From positions 64,673 through 128,672 of the forward strand of contig VGKG01000003.1 in the NCBI GenBank assembly GCA_016867115.1: DNA of 64,000 nt. The letters run 5' to 3'. The stretch comes from Candidatus Omnitrophota bacterium (GTDB taxonomy: Bacteria > Omnitrophota > Gorgyraeia > Gygaellales > Profunditerraquicolaceae). The translations under genes and the position numbers were made by a program. How positions within the stretch are numbered: the stretch's first letter is position 1; each line of letters opens with the position of its first letter. The notes beneath the pieces were generated by a model. The model did no database searches. It saw only the letters and a program-made list of their open reading frames with translations, and had not been told where the DNA came from. This document shows, one piece after another, positions 1-9,071 of this stretch.

Positions 1-5
1 GCCTG

Positions 6-602
6 ATGAAACCTAAAAAAGCCCTATTGATCGTCGACCTGCAGAATGATTTTTGCCCGGGCGGAGCCTTAGGTATTCCAGCCGGAGACAGGATCATCCC
101 GCCGGTCAATAAATACATCCGCATCTTTGCGAAAGAGAAGCTTCCGGTCATTGCCTCGCGCGACTGGCACCCGGTAAGGACCGTGCACTTCAGGGATTTC
201 GGGGGAGTATGGCCGGTGCACTGCATACAGAACTCTAAAGGCGCAAGCTTCCACCCCGGCCTGAAGCTGCCGAAAAAGGGCGTGATCTATGTCTATAAAG
301 GCATGGACCCGGCCAGGGACAGCTACTCCGTCTTTCAGGCGGAAGACGATCAGGGGACGGACTTTGCGCATATACTGAAGAGGTCCGGGATAAACGAGCT
401 TTATATCGCAGGCCTGGCTACAGATTACTGCGTAAAATTCACCGCCAGGGACGCGCTCAAGGCAGGCTATAAAGTGAAGGTCCTGATGGATGCGGTCAGG
501 GGTGTGGATTTAAAACCCGGGGATTCGGAGAAGGCGATCAAAGAAATCACTAAGCTTGGGGCAAAGAAGACCACCCTAAAAAATCTGGAGAAGAGAAAAT
601 GA
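6..602 (+). CDS. Isochorismatase-family hydrolase, nicotinamidase/pyrazinamidase (PncA)-like
   Basis: N-terminal [16 protein letters not shown] motif typical of PncA; length 198 aa; 4-nt overlap with the next gene. Confidence 0.7.
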   Translation: MKPKKALLIVDLQNDFCPGGALGIPAGDRIIPPVNKYIRIFAKEKLPVIASRDWHPVRTVHFRDFGGVWPVHCIQNSKGASFHPGLKLPKKGVIYVYKGMDPARDSYSVFQAEDDQGTDFAHILKRSGINELYIAGLATDYCVKFTARDALKAGYKVKVLMDAVRGVDLKPGDSEKAIKEITKLGAKKTTLKNLEKRK

Positions 603-1375
603 TCCTGGACGATATCAAGATCTCTCAGGCGATTATCGAATCCTACAAAGATAAACTGCTTAAGGCGCTGGATGTGGATGTGGCGATTGTCGGCGCAGGG
701 CCGGCAGGCATGACCTGCGCTTATTATCTGGCTCAGGCCGGCAAGAAGGTGGTCATCTTTGAGCGCAAGCTCTCCGTCGGGGGCGGGATGTGGGGCGGCG
801 GGATCATGTTTAACGAGATCGTCATCCAGGATAAAGCCAGAGAGATCACCCAGGAGTTCGGGATCAGGACGCGCCTCTGGGAAAAGGGCTATTACCTGGC
901 GGATTCTATCGAAGCGGTCTCGACCATCTGCTCAAAGAGCGTTAAGGCAGGCGTGAAGATCTTGAATCTTTTAAGCGCAGAGGATGTGATGATCAGAAAA
1001 GGCTGCATTTGCGGCTTGGTCCTGAACTGGACCTCGGTTGAGATCGCCAATCTCCACGTGGACCCGGTGACCATGCGCGCTAAATTCGTGATCGACGCTA
1101 CCGGCCATGCCGCGGAGGTGGTGCACATTGCCCAGAGAAAGAGCGGCCTGCGTCTGCGCACAAAGACCGGCAAGATCATGGGCGAGCAGTCCATGTGGGC
1201 TGACCGCGCCGAAGACACTATCGTCAAGAATTCCAAAGAAGTGGCGCCCGGCCTCTATGTCTGCGGCATGTGCGCCAACGCCGTCTTCGGCGGGCCGCGC
1301 ATGGGCCCGATCTTCGGGGGCATGCTCTTATCCGGGAAAAAGGTGGCCGCGGATATACTCAGAAGATGCAGGTAA
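599..1375 (+). CDS. thi4: Thiazole synthase Thi4 family (sulfide-dependent type; ATGH in place of the yeast catalytic Cys)
   Basis: [17 protein letters not shown] dinucleotide fold, [19 protein letters not shown] and [14 protein letters not shown] motifs characteristic of archaeal/bacterial Thi4. Confidence 0.85.
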   Translation: MILDDIKISQAIIESYKDKLLKALDVDVAIVGAGPAGMTCAYYLAQAGKKVVIFERKLSVGGGMWGGGIMFNEIVIQDKAREITQEFGIRTRLWEKGYYLADSIEAVSTICSKSVKAGVKILNLLSAEDVMIRKGCICGLVLNWTSVEIANLHVDPVTMRAKFVIDATGHAAEVVHIAQRKSGLRLRTKTGKIMGEQSMWADRAEDTIVKNSKEVAPGLYVCGMCANAVFGGPRMGPIFGGMLLSGKKVAADILRRCR

Positions 1376-2007
1376 TTATCCGGCCGTACCGGAAAGCTGA
1401 CCGCAAGGCCGTGCGTCAGATCGCCTGGGATACTGCTTTTATGGGCAGGCCGGCAGACGCCTTTTTTTCCGGGAAAGCGCTTCTGACCGGGTTTCTCACC
1501 CGCTACTTTACGGAATACGAGCCGCAGAGCTCTTTTGTCGCAGAGTCAGAAGGAAGCGTGGTCGGGTATCTGCTGGGCGCAAAAGACACTGCTGTACTTG
1601 CGCGTATTTTTAAAGCGAAGATTTTGCCGGGATTGATCCTGCAGGCGGTATTCAGCGGAGCGCTCTTCAGGAAGAAGAACCTGGCTTTTTTTCGCAACTG
1701 CTGGCAGAGCCTCCGGAATAAGGAGTTCCGGATGCCTGATTTATCCCGGGATTATCCGGCGACGCTGCACATTAATCTTACCGAAGCTGCGCGCGGGGAG
1801 GGTACGGGCGCGAAATTGATCGCCGCGTATCTGGATCACCTAAGGAAGAATAATGCGGCCGGCGTGCATCTGGCGACATTATCTCAAAGGGCATCCGTTT
1901 TTTTTCAGGCGCAGGGTTTTACCCTGCTTTACGAGGCAAGGCGAACATATTTCCGGCACATCCTGAAAGATGACTTGACCCTTTCTGTCTTCGGCATGAG
2001 GCTTTAA
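1366..2007 (+). CDS. GNAT-family N-acetyltransferase
   Basis: [15 protein letters not shown] start typical of GNAT; ORF trimmed to ATG 1366, which overlaps the thi4 stop; acyl-CoA-binding-like segment. Confidence 0.55.
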   Translation: MQVIIRPYRKADRKAVRQIAWDTAFMGRPADAFFSGKALLTGFLTRYFTEYEPQSSFVAESEGSVVGYLLGAKDTAVLARIFKAKILPGLILQAVFSGALFRKKNLAFFRNCWQSLRNKEFRMPDLSRDYPATLHINLTEAARGEGTGAKLIAAYLDHLRKNNAAGVHLATLSQRASVFFQAQGFTLLYEARRTYFRHILKDDLTLSVFGMRL

Positions 2008-2670
2008 ATGAAGATCATCAATCCCGATAAGTGCATCGTCTTTTTCGATTTCGACAATACCATCGCCACCTGCGATGTCTTTGACAGCATGCTTCCGCGC
2101 TTCTCGCGCAATGACCTCTGGATAGAGCTGGAGAAGGACTGGAGAAAAGGAAAGATCGGCTCTAAAGAGTGCCTGGAGCTCCAGATCAGGGGGATGAGCC
2201 TGGATAAGGCGAGACTGGATAAATACCTCTCCGGGATTAAGCTTGACCCCTATTTTAAGAAACTGGTGAAGCTCTTTCAGAACCGCAAGATCAGGACCAT
2301 AGTCTTAAGCGACAATTTCGATTATATCCTCAAACGCGTGCTTAACTATAATGCCATCAATAAGCTTAAGATCTACTCCAATAAGCTCCGTTTTGCCAAG
2401 GGCAGGATCAGCCCCTGTTTTCCCTACCGCAGCGCAAACTGCCAGATCTGCGCCCACTGCAAGACAAAAAATCTCTTGGCAAATATAAAGCGGGATTCTA
2501 TAATAATCTATATCGGCGACGGCCGTTCGGACATCTGTCCGGCAGGCTATGCCGATATTGTCTTTGCTAAGGAAGAGCTCCTGGACTATTACCGGGACAA
2601 GAAAATGATGTGTCTTGCCTACAGGTCCTTAAAGGACGTCTACGAATATTTTAAAAGGAGTTTTGCATGA
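2008..2670 (+). CDS. HAD-IB family phosphatase, MtnX-like
   Basis: FFDFDNTI (DxDxT) HAD motif I, Cys cluster C-x2-C-x-H-C and IGDGRSD motif IV resembling B. subtilis MtnX. Confidence 0.6.
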   Translation: MKIINPDKCIVFFDFDNTIATCDVFDSMLPRFSRNDLWIELEKDWRKGKIGSKECLELQIRGMSLDKARLDKYLSGIKLDPYFKKLVKLFQNRKIRTIVLSDNFDYILKRVLNYNAINKLKIYSNKLRFAKGRISPCFPYRSANCQICAHCKTKNLLANIKRDSIIIYIGDGRSDICPAGYADIVFAKEELLDYYRDKKMMCLAYRSLKDVYEYFKRSFA

Positions 2671-4079
2671 GCACAAAACAGACTCTCAACCGGGCTAAAG
2701 GGCCCAAAAATATCACCACCAATGAGCTCCTGGGGCTTGAAGCCAAATATTGCTCCTGGGGGGACACGGTCCATTATGTCAGGACACCTAATATTTTTAA
2801 AAGCGCCGAGGGTTGCTATCTATATGACCAGGAGGGGGTCGAGTTCCTGGACCTGCAGATGTGGTATTCTGCGGCGAACTTCGGCTACCGGAACAGGCGC
2901 CTGAATACTGCCTTAAAGAAGCAGATCGATACCCTGCCGCAGCTGGCCTGCCAATACCTGCATGAAGAGAAGATCCGCCTGGCGGCAAAGCTTTCGCAGA
3001 GGGTGGAGAGGACCTTTGAGGAGAAGGGTAGGGTGCATTTTAATGTCGGAGGCTCAAGCGCCCTGGAAGATTCGCTCAAACTCGTCAGGAATACCTCGGG
3101 CAGAAGCCTGGCCTTTGCCTTTATGGGCGGTTATCACGGCAGGACCCTGGCTGCCTCGGCGATCACCTCGAGTTTCCGCTACCGCGAGCGCTTCGGCCAC
3201 TTCGGCGAAAGGGCGATGTTTATCCCTTATCCCTACTGCTTCCGCTGCCCCTATGAAAAGAAGAGGGACTTCTGCGATTTCTATTGCCTGAAGCAGTTTG
3301 AAAGACTCTTTGAGACCGAATACCATTCGGTGGTGAACAAGAAGACTAATAAGTGCGAGTTCGCCGCCTTTTACGTCGAGCCAGTCCAGGGTACGGGCGG
3401 CTACATCGTGCCGCCGCAGGAGTATTTCGCCGGACTTAAGGAGGTCCTGGACCGCTACGGCATACTTCTGGTGGATGATGAGATCCAGATGGGCTTTTTC
3501 CGCACCGGAAAGTTCTTCTGCTTGGAACATTTTAACGTCACTCCGGATATCATCGTCTTCGGTAAGGCCCTGACTAATGGCCTGAACCCTATTTCCGGAG
3601 TCTGGGCAAAGGAGAAGTTCATTTCCCCTGAAGTTTTTCCGCCCGGCTCTACCCACTCCACCTTCTCGGCAAATCCCCTGGGTACGGCCTGCGGACTTGA
3701 GGTGATGAAACTGATCGAAGAGTCTGATTTTGCCGTCTCTGTCCCCAAAAAGGGACAGTATTTTATCTCCCGGTTAAAACAGCTGCAGAAAAAATACCCG
3801 CAGATAGGGGATGTGGACGGACTGGGGCTGGCTCTGCGCATTGAGATGTGCCAGAAGGACGGCTACACCCCGAACAGGGAGCTGACTGATGCGATAGTAG
3901 AGATCGGCTTAAGTGGGAAGCTGAAAGCAGGAGGTAGGCGGCGCGGCCTCATCCTGGACGTAGGCGGTTATTACAAGAACGTCTTTACCCTGGCGCCCTC
4001 TTTCTATATCACGGAAAAAGAGATAGACCTGGGGGTTGAGCTTTTTGAGGAAGCGCTCTCTAAAGCCCTGAAGAAGTAA
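2667..4079 (+). CDS. PLP-dependent class III aminotransferase
   Basis: 470 aa; GGSSALEDSLKL, DEIQMGFFRTGKFF and FGKALTNG (Lys-PLP) motifs of the AT-III family; 4-nt overlap with the HAD gene. Confidence 0.75.
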   Translation: MSTKQTLNRAKGPKNITTNELLGLEAKYCSWGDTVHYVRTPNIFKSAEGCYLYDQEGVEFLDLQMWYSAANFGYRNRRLNTALKKQIDTLPQLACQYLHEEKIRLAAKLSQRVERTFEEKGRVHFNVGGSSALEDSLKLVRNTSGRSLAFAFMGGYHGRTLAASAITSSFRYRERFGHFGERAMFIPYPYCFRCPYEKKRDFCDFYCLKQFERLFETEYHSVVNKKTNKCEFAAFYVEPVQGTGGYIVPPQEYFAGLKEVLDRYGILLVDDEIQMGFFRTGKFFCLEHFNVTPDIIVFGKALTNGLNPISGVWAKEKFISPEVFPPGSTHSTFSANPLGTACGLEVMKLIEESDFAVSVPKKGQYFISRLKQLQKKYPQIGDVDGLGLALRIEMCQKDGYTPNRELTDAIVEIGLSGKLKAGGRRRGLILDVGGYYKNVFTLAPSFYITEKEIDLGVELFEEALSKALKK

Positions 4080-4104
4080 TAAGAGCCGCTATAAAAATAA
4101 TCAT

Positions 4105-4140
4105 AAAAAAAGCCTCTTCTTTTAGAGAAGAGGCTTTTTT
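4105..4140. terminator. Bidirectional rho-independent terminator (A-run, hairpin AGCCTCTTCT/AGAAGAGGCT, T-run)
   Basis: Perfect 10-bp stem at 4111-4134 with loop TTTAG, flanked by AAAAAA and TTTTTT; lies between convergent genes. Confidence 0.75.
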
Positions 4141-4158
4141 GTTGCCGGTTAAATAAGG

Positions 4159-4746
4159 TTAGAACTTTCGCGTGATGCCGGCGACGGCAAAGACAGAGTT
4201 GATACCGCTGTTGGGATGGTCGATACCGGCGTTAGAAAGGTGGCGGAAGCGGCCCTCCAGGGTAAATGCGGTATCCTCCTTGAAGAAATAATGCATGCCT
4301 ACGCCGCCGGTCGAGGCGAAGTTGAACTGGGTGCTCTGTTCGCGGGTATGCAGGGTCATGTAATCAAACCCCGAGCCGACCTTGATGTAGGGCTGGAACT
4401 TCGACGTCTCAGGGAGGATGCCTGCTTTCAGAAAGAAGGAGACCCCGGTCTCAAAATTCGATTCCGGTTCAGAGATACCGGCCATGTAGGGCTCGACCTG
4501 GAACTGCAGAAGCGAACGGGGCGAGAAATTGATCTTCTTGGTCAGGGGCCTTAAGTCGAAGTTCAGGTCCACGATCACCGGATACATATGGTAATCGCCT
4601 TTTACCCGCACCTTACCCCAGCCAAAACCGGTCAGGAAATCGATCGACTGCAGGCTTTTTTCTTCGGCTCTGCACACACCCAGAAAAACAAACGTAACAA
4701 CTACTGCCAGAATGATAACGGTTAGTTTTTTCATAGTAAGCTGCAT
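4159..4746 (-). CDS. Outer-membrane beta-barrel protein, PagL (lipid A 3-O-deacylase)-like
   Basis: Signal peptide MKKLTVIILAVVVTFVFLG, alternating amphipathic strands, C-terminal HLSNAG...F resembling the PagL His/Ser motif and a terminal Phe; start could be Met 4734 instead. Confidence 0.5.
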   Translation of the reverse strand: MQLTMKKLTVIILAVVVTFVFLGVCRAEEKSLQSIDFLTGFGWGKVRVKGDYHMYPVIVDLNFDLRPLTKKINFSPRSLLQFQVEPYMAGISEPESNFETGVSFFLKAGILPETSKFQPYIKVGSGFDYMTLHTREQSTQFNFASTGGVGMHYFFKEDTAFTLEGRFRHLSNAGIDHPNSGINSVFAVAGITRKF

Positions 4747-4822
4747 TATACATAAAAATAATAAAAAAGCAAGGAAAAATATTGATGATTTATGCCTCCC
4801 TTTATGTTAGAATAGTCCCGTC

Positions 4823-6094
4823 ATGGATTACAAATACATTGTTTTAGGTATTTTTATCCTCTGTTACATCCTGTTCATCATTTTACCCCGCAGGCGCACT
4901 TACATCGCCGTGGCCGGAGCGCTTTTATTGGTCCTCATCCGGGCCCTTTCGCTAAAAGACGCATTCTTAGCCATCAACTGGAATGTCATGGGCATCTTTG
5001 TCGGCACACTTGTGGTGGCCGACATCTTCATGGAGAGCCGGGTCCCTGCCTACATCGCCGAGATCATCGTGGATAAAGCCAGAAATACCTGCTGGGCGAT
5101 CCTCTTCATCTGCCTGATGACCGGCCTTATTTCAGCCTTTGTGGAGAATGTGGCTACTGTCCTGATCGTAGCCCCCATCGCCCTATCTTTGGCCAGAAAA
5201 TTAGAGATCAACCCCACCAAAATGATGATTGCAATTGCGGTATCCAGCAACTTACAGGGTACCGCCACCCTGATCGGAGACCCGCCGAGCATGCTTTTGG
5301 GCGGTTTTGCCAGGATGAACTTCATGGATTTTTTCTTTTATAAAGGAAAGCCGAGCATCTTCTTTGCCGTGGAGTTAGGCGCCCTGGTCTCGCTGGTCGT
5401 GCTTTACTTTATCTTCCGGGACCAGCGTACGAAAGTGGAACTTGTGCCGGCAGAAAAGGTGCGCTCCTGGGTGCCGGCCATTATCCTTGCCTCTTTGATC
5501 TTGCTATTGGCGGTAACCTCATTTTTTGATACCGGCTTTACTTATATGGCAGGCGTACTCTGCATGATCGCCGCAGCTGTCTCCATGTTCTGGGAGAAAT
5601 TCGTGAACCGTTCTTCTATTCTCGGCGGCCTGAAGTCCCTGGACTGGGAGACGACCTTTTTCCTCATGGGCGTATTCATCCTTGTAGGCAGCCTCACTCT
5701 CACCGGCTGGATCGATATTATCTCTGATTTCCTGTCCAATCTCGTAGGCAGGAATATCTTTTTGGGTTATACCCTGATCGTCTGGATCGCGGTATTTTTT
5801 TCCGCATTTGTCGATAATGTGCCGTTTTTAGCCGCGATGCTTCCCGTGGCTGTCTCGATGTGCGCCAAGATCGATCAGGCGCCGTCTTTATTTCTTTTTG
5901 GCCTCCTGGTCGGCAGCAGCCTCGGAGGGAATATCACGCCTATCGGCGCCTCGGCCAATATCGTCGCCTGCGGGATACTGAAAAAAGAAGGGCATGAAGT
6001 GAAGTTTTTTGACTTTGTAAAAATAGGCCTCCCCTTTACGCTGGCAGCGGTGACTGCCGCATATCTGTTCATCTGGTTCATCTGGGGAGGATAA
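4823..6094 (+). CDS. Ion-transporter superfamily permease (ArsB/NhaD/CitMHS-like)
   Basis: 423 aa with 10-12 predicted TM helices, an internal repeat and GTATLIGDPP / GGNITPIGASANIV motifs. Confidence 0.55.
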   Translation: MDYKYIVLGIFILCYILFIILPRRRTYIAVAGALLLVLIRALSLKDAFLAINWNVMGIFVGTLVVADIFMESRVPAYIAEIIVDKARNTCWAILFICLMTGLISAFVENVATVLIVAPIALSLARKLEINPTKMMIAIAVSSNLQGTATLIGDPPSMLLGGFARMNFMDFFFYKGKPSIFFAVELGALVSLVVLYFIFRDQRTKVELVPAEKVRSWVPAIILASLILLLAVTSFFDTGFTYMAGVLCMIAAAVSMFWEKFVNRSSILGGLKSLDWETTFFLMGVFILVGSLTLTGWIDIISDFLSNLVGRNIFLGYTLIVWIAVFFSAFVDNVPFLAAMLPVAVSMCAKIDQAPSLFLFGLLVGSSLGGNITPIGASANIVACGILKKEGHEVKFFDFVKIGLPFTLAAVTAAYLFIWFIWGG

Positions 6095-6104
6095 CGGAGG
6101 AAAT

Positions 6105-6431
6105 ATGGATAGCTATCATGGCCTGATCAACGCCGTAAGTTTCTCCCTGAACATCATCGGTGCGCTCATCACCATCTGGGGGATCATCATTTCCTTCTTT
6201 GAGTTCCTCAAGAAAGAGATCCTGAACCGCAAAGAGAGCGTGCAGCTGAATGAGGCGATCCGGATAAAGCTGGGCAGTTACCTGGTCCTGGCCCTTGAGT
6301 TCTTTATCGCCGGAGACATCGTCAAGACCATCATCACTCCCACCTGGGAGAGCCTGGGGATTCTGGGTACGATCGTGGTGATCAGGACTATCTTAAGTTA
6401 TTTCTTGACCAAGGACCTGAAAAAGATTTAG
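6105..6431 (+). CDS. DUF1622 small membrane protein
   Basis: 108 aa, two TM helices, ALEFFIAGDIVKT motif. Confidence 0.5.
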   Translation: MDSYHGLINAVSFSLNIIGALITIWGIIISFFEFLKKEILNRKESVQLNEAIRIKLGSYLVLALEFFIAGDIVKTIITPTWESLGILGTIVVIRTILSYFLTKDLKKI

Positions 6432-6439
6432 AGGCGTCT

Positions 6440-7186
6440 ATGAAATTATTGGCGGTGAAAAGCTGGCTGATCGCATTTCTCGGGCTCCTGGCATTGTGCC
6501 TGGCTATTACAGGTAAGGATGCTTTATTCTTATCCGGCGTAGCCGTAGCCCTGATCTCAGCGCTTATCTTTGATTCGCTCTTTATCTACCTTAAAGAAAA
6601 AAAAGTCCGGGTTACCGATAGCTCCATTATCACCGGCCTGATCATTGGGTATGTATTGGCCAGCGATGAGCCTTTCTGGAAGTTCATCGCTGCGGCATTG
6701 CTTGCTATCGGCTCAAAACACATCATCCGGGTCAACAAGAAGCATCTTTTTAACCCGGCTGCTTTCGGCGTCTTCCTGACTATGTTTTTATTCGGCGCCA
6801 ATACCCAGTGGAGAGGCGCGTATCTTTGGTATGTGTTGATCCCGGTAGGGCTCTTTTTTGCCTATAAGGTACAGAAGAAAGAAGTGCTTGCGGGCTATCT
6901 ATTTTCGGCCCTGGGGCTTTTTGCGGCCCAGGCCTTATTGCAGAAGGCGCCGCTTTTGAATATCTTCGGATTCTTGAGTTATTTCTATATTTTTGTCATG
7001 GTCATCGAACCTAAGACGACGCCTGTATTTAAGCGCGCCAAGTTTGCCTTTGGCCTTGGAGTGGGGATATTGGTATTTTTATTCACGGAGCTGGGCGTAA
7101 ACTTTGACGCGGAACTAGCTGCCCTGCTGCTTATGAACTTAAGCGTTCCCCTCTTGAATAAGATCCCGCAAAGGAGAGGGGCATGA
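6440..7186 (+). CDS. Hypothetical polytopic membrane protein (FNPAAFG and EPKTTP motifs; weak RnfD/NqrB-like flavour)
   Basis: 248 aa, about 7 TM helices; overlaps the next gene by ATGA. Confidence 0.4.
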   Translation: MKLLAVKSWLIAFLGLLALCLAITGKDALFLSGVAVALISALIFDSLFIYLKEKKVRVTDSSIITGLIIGYVLASDEPFWKFIAAALLAIGSKHIIRVNKKHLFNPAAFGVFLTMFLFGANTQWRGAYLWYVLIPVGLFFAYKVQKKEVLAGYLFSALGLFAAQALLQKAPLLNIFGFLSYFYIFVMVIEPKTTPVFKRAKFAFGLGVGILVFLFTELGVNFDAELAALLLMNLSVPLLNKIPQRRGA

Positions 7187-7536
7187 AGAAAATAATACTT
7201 TTCTTTTTAGCCTGCTTTATCCTGGTTAATACCCTGCCTGCTTATGCCCATCCTCCTTCAAATATAGTCATCGCCTATGACCCGGCGAAGAAGATGCTGC
7301 ATGCTGAGATCAAGCATCAGGTCGGCAACCCCAGGCAGCACTATATCAAAAAAGCGGACATCGGGCTTAACGGCAAAGAGATCGCAAGCCTTAGCTTTAC
7401 CTCTCAGGCAAGCTATTTTTCCCAGTTGCTTGACTACAGCCTGGCTGAAGTAGAGATAAAAAAGGGCGATAAGATCTATGTCGAGGGCTATTGCAGCATC
7501 AGCGGAAAACTGAAAGTCGAGTACACCGTAGAATAA
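7183..7536 (+). CDS. Secreted small protein of unknown function (signal peptide, beta-rich)
   Basis: MKKIILFFLACFILVNTLPAYA signal peptide; translationally coupled to the upstream membrane protein. Confidence 0.4.
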   Translation: MKKIILFFLACFILVNTLPAYAHPPSNIVIAYDPAKKMLHAEIKHQVGNPRQHYIKKADIGLNGKEIASLSFTSQASYFSQLLDYSLAEVEIKKGDKIYVEGYCSISGKLKVEYTVE

Positions 7537-7542
7537 GGGAGC

Positions 7543-7570
7543 TTCCTTCCCTGTTTTTTTCTTGACAAAT
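7543..7570 (+). terminator. Weak intrinsic terminator (AGGGA/TCCCT stem plus T7)
   Basis: Short stem followed by TTTTTTT right after the stop of the 7183-7536 gene. Confidence 0.35.
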
Positions 7571-7571
7571 G

Positions 7572-7606
7572 ATACTAATATAGTATCATTTATAAGTAGA
7601 GGCAAA
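7572..7606 (+). promoter_or_regulatory. Promoter with a perfect 25-bp palindromic operator AAATGATACTAATATAGTATCATTT (Rrf2-type) in front of the Rrf2 regulator gene
   Basis: TTGACA at 7572-7577 followed directly by an 11-bp perfect inverted repeat (7577-7601) with a 3-bp centre; an AT-rich palindrome of the NsrR/IscR class. Confidence 0.65.
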
Positions 7607-7607
7607 G

Positions 7608-8003
7608 ATGAAATTGATTACCCGCAATACCGACTATAGTCTAAGGGCGCTGATCTATATGGCGAAGAAGGGGGGGATAGTTTCGGTGCGTGAGCTTGAG
7701 CGCGCCTTAAAGATACCCCGGGCGTTTTTGAGAAAAATACTGCAGGCCCTGAACAAGAAGGGGATCCTCGCTTCCCAGAAAGGCCCGGGCGGGGGTTTCA
7801 GGCTGCTGGTCGCGCCGAAAGACCTGCGCCTTCTGGATGTGGCAAGCATCTTTCAGGGAAGGGTCAGGTTGAACGAATGCCTCTTTAAGAGAAAGGCCTG
7901 TCCCGATATCCGCAAGTGCCCCTTAAAAAGGGAGCTGGATAATATAGAAAGCTATGCGCTCAGGCGGCTGGGCGCGATATCCCTTGCCGCTCTCTTGAAG
8001 TAG
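7608..8003 (+). CDS. Rrf2-family transcriptional regulator (NsrR/IscR-like, Cys-liganded)
   Basis: N-terminal wHTH (YSLRALIYMA...VSVRELE) and C-x5-C-x5-C cluster (CLFKRKACPDIRKC). Confidence 0.8.
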   Translation: MKLITRNTDYSLRALIYMAKKGGIVSVRELERALKIPRAFLRKILQALNKKGILASQKGPGGGFRLLVAPKDLRLLDVASIFQGRVRLNECLFKRKACPDIRKCPLKRELDNIESYALRRLGAISLAALLK

Positions 8004-8014
8004 AAAGGAAAAGC

Positions 8015-8845
8015 ATGCCTAAAAGAAAGATCATCAAGATCGACGAAGAAAAATGCAACGGCTGCGGCCTCTGTATCCCCAACTGTCCGGAAGGCGCCAT
8101 CCAGGTCATAGACGGTAAGGCGCGCCTGATCAGCGATTTATTTTGTGACGGCCTGGGCGCCTGTATCGGCCATTGCCCGCAGGGCGCGATCGCCATCGAG
8201 GAGCGGGAGGCGGAAAAATACGATGAAAGGAAAGTGATGGAGAATATAGTCAGGCAGGGTGAGAATACAATCATTGCCCACCTTGCGCACCTGAAGGAAC
8301 ACGATGAAGAGGGGTATCTGAAGGAGGCTATGCAATTCTTAAAAGAGAAACATCTCGATATCCCGCTTGAGAGCGGACCTGCTCACCATGTCCACGGACA
8401 TGCCGGATGCCCCGGAGCTAAAATCACGGAGTTTAAGAAAAGGGCCGGGTCAGGGCATGCTCCGGCAGGGCATCAGGAATCAGGGCTTGAGCAGTGGCCG
8501 ATACAGCTTGCGCTTGTGCCGGCATTCGCGCCTTTTTTGAATGATGCTGACCTGCTGATTGCCGCAGACTGCGTGCCTTTTGCTTATGCCTCTTTCCACC
8601 GGGACTTATTAAGAGGAAAGGTTTTGCTGGTGGGCTGTCCTAAGTTCGACGATACGCAACTCTATAGCCAGAAATTAACCCAGATGTTCCAGAATAACCG
8701 CATCAAGTCGGTGACTTACGCGCATATGGAGGTGCCCTGTTGTTCCGGCCTGACACCGCTTATTCAATCAGCCATAACAGCTTCGGGAAAGGAGATCCCT
8801 TTCCGTGAAACGGTGATCAGTATTAAGGGGGAGAGGTCGGAATGA
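8015..8845 (+). CDS. Di-cluster 4Fe-4S ferredoxin-domain protein with a C-terminal Cys/His-rich domain (Hcp-associated)
   Basis: CNGCGLCIPNCP and CDGLGACIGHCP motifs; C-terminal HVHGHAGCPG and PCCSG. Confidence 0.6.
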   Translation: MPKRKIIKIDEEKCNGCGLCIPNCPEGAIQVIDGKARLISDLFCDGLGACIGHCPQGAIAIEEREAEKYDERKVMENIVRQGENTIIAHLAHLKEHDEEGYLKEAMQFLKEKHLDIPLESGPAHHVHGHAGCPGAKITEFKKRAGSGHAPAGHQESGLEQWPIQLALVPAFAPFLNDADLLIAADCVPFAYASFHRDLLRGKVLLVGCPKFDDTQLYSQKLTQMFQNNRIKSVTYAHMEVPCCSGLTPLIQSAITASGKEIPFRETVISIKGERSE

Positions 8846-9069
8846 TCCGGAAGTGCCCGGGACAGGATGACCGTAAAATCAACGCCGAAGAGATCAGGTG
8901 CCCTGATTGCGGTTACGAGGCGGAGATCTTCTCGGATGAATTAAAGGTAAAATGCCCCGGATGCAAAGGCCTTATCTGCAGGGCGTTATTGCCGTCCTGC
9001 ATTGACTGGTGTAAACACGCCCGGGAGTGCCTGGGCGGGGTAAGATGGAGGAAGATAAGAGGGAGGTAA
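8842..9069 (+). CDS. Small zinc-ribbon/Cys-rich protein
   Basis: CPDCG...CPGCKG double CxxC; ATGA overlap with the upstream gene. Confidence 0.35.
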   Translation: MIRKCPGQDDRKINAEEIRCPDCGYEAEIFSDELKVKCPGCKGLICRALLPSCIDWCKHARECLGGVRWRKIRGR

Positions 9070-9071
9070 AA

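Noticed and set aside
759-1400. Several 60-115-aa alternative-frame ORFs inside thi4 (759-956 +, 892-1236 -, 1107-1400 +)
   Set aside because: They overlap a confidently assigned Thi4 gene and are Ser/Arg/Ala-rich with no motifs. They are GC-frame artefacts.
3054-3656. 200-aa minus-strand ORF
   Set aside because: It is antisense to the class III aminotransferase and is treated as a shadow ORF.
4782-4813. Putative promoter (TTGATG / TAGAAT) for the permease gene
   Set aside because: The spacing between the candidate -35 and -10 is 20 nt, and the -10 lies only 9 nt before the ATG. Evidence is too weak to report as a feature.
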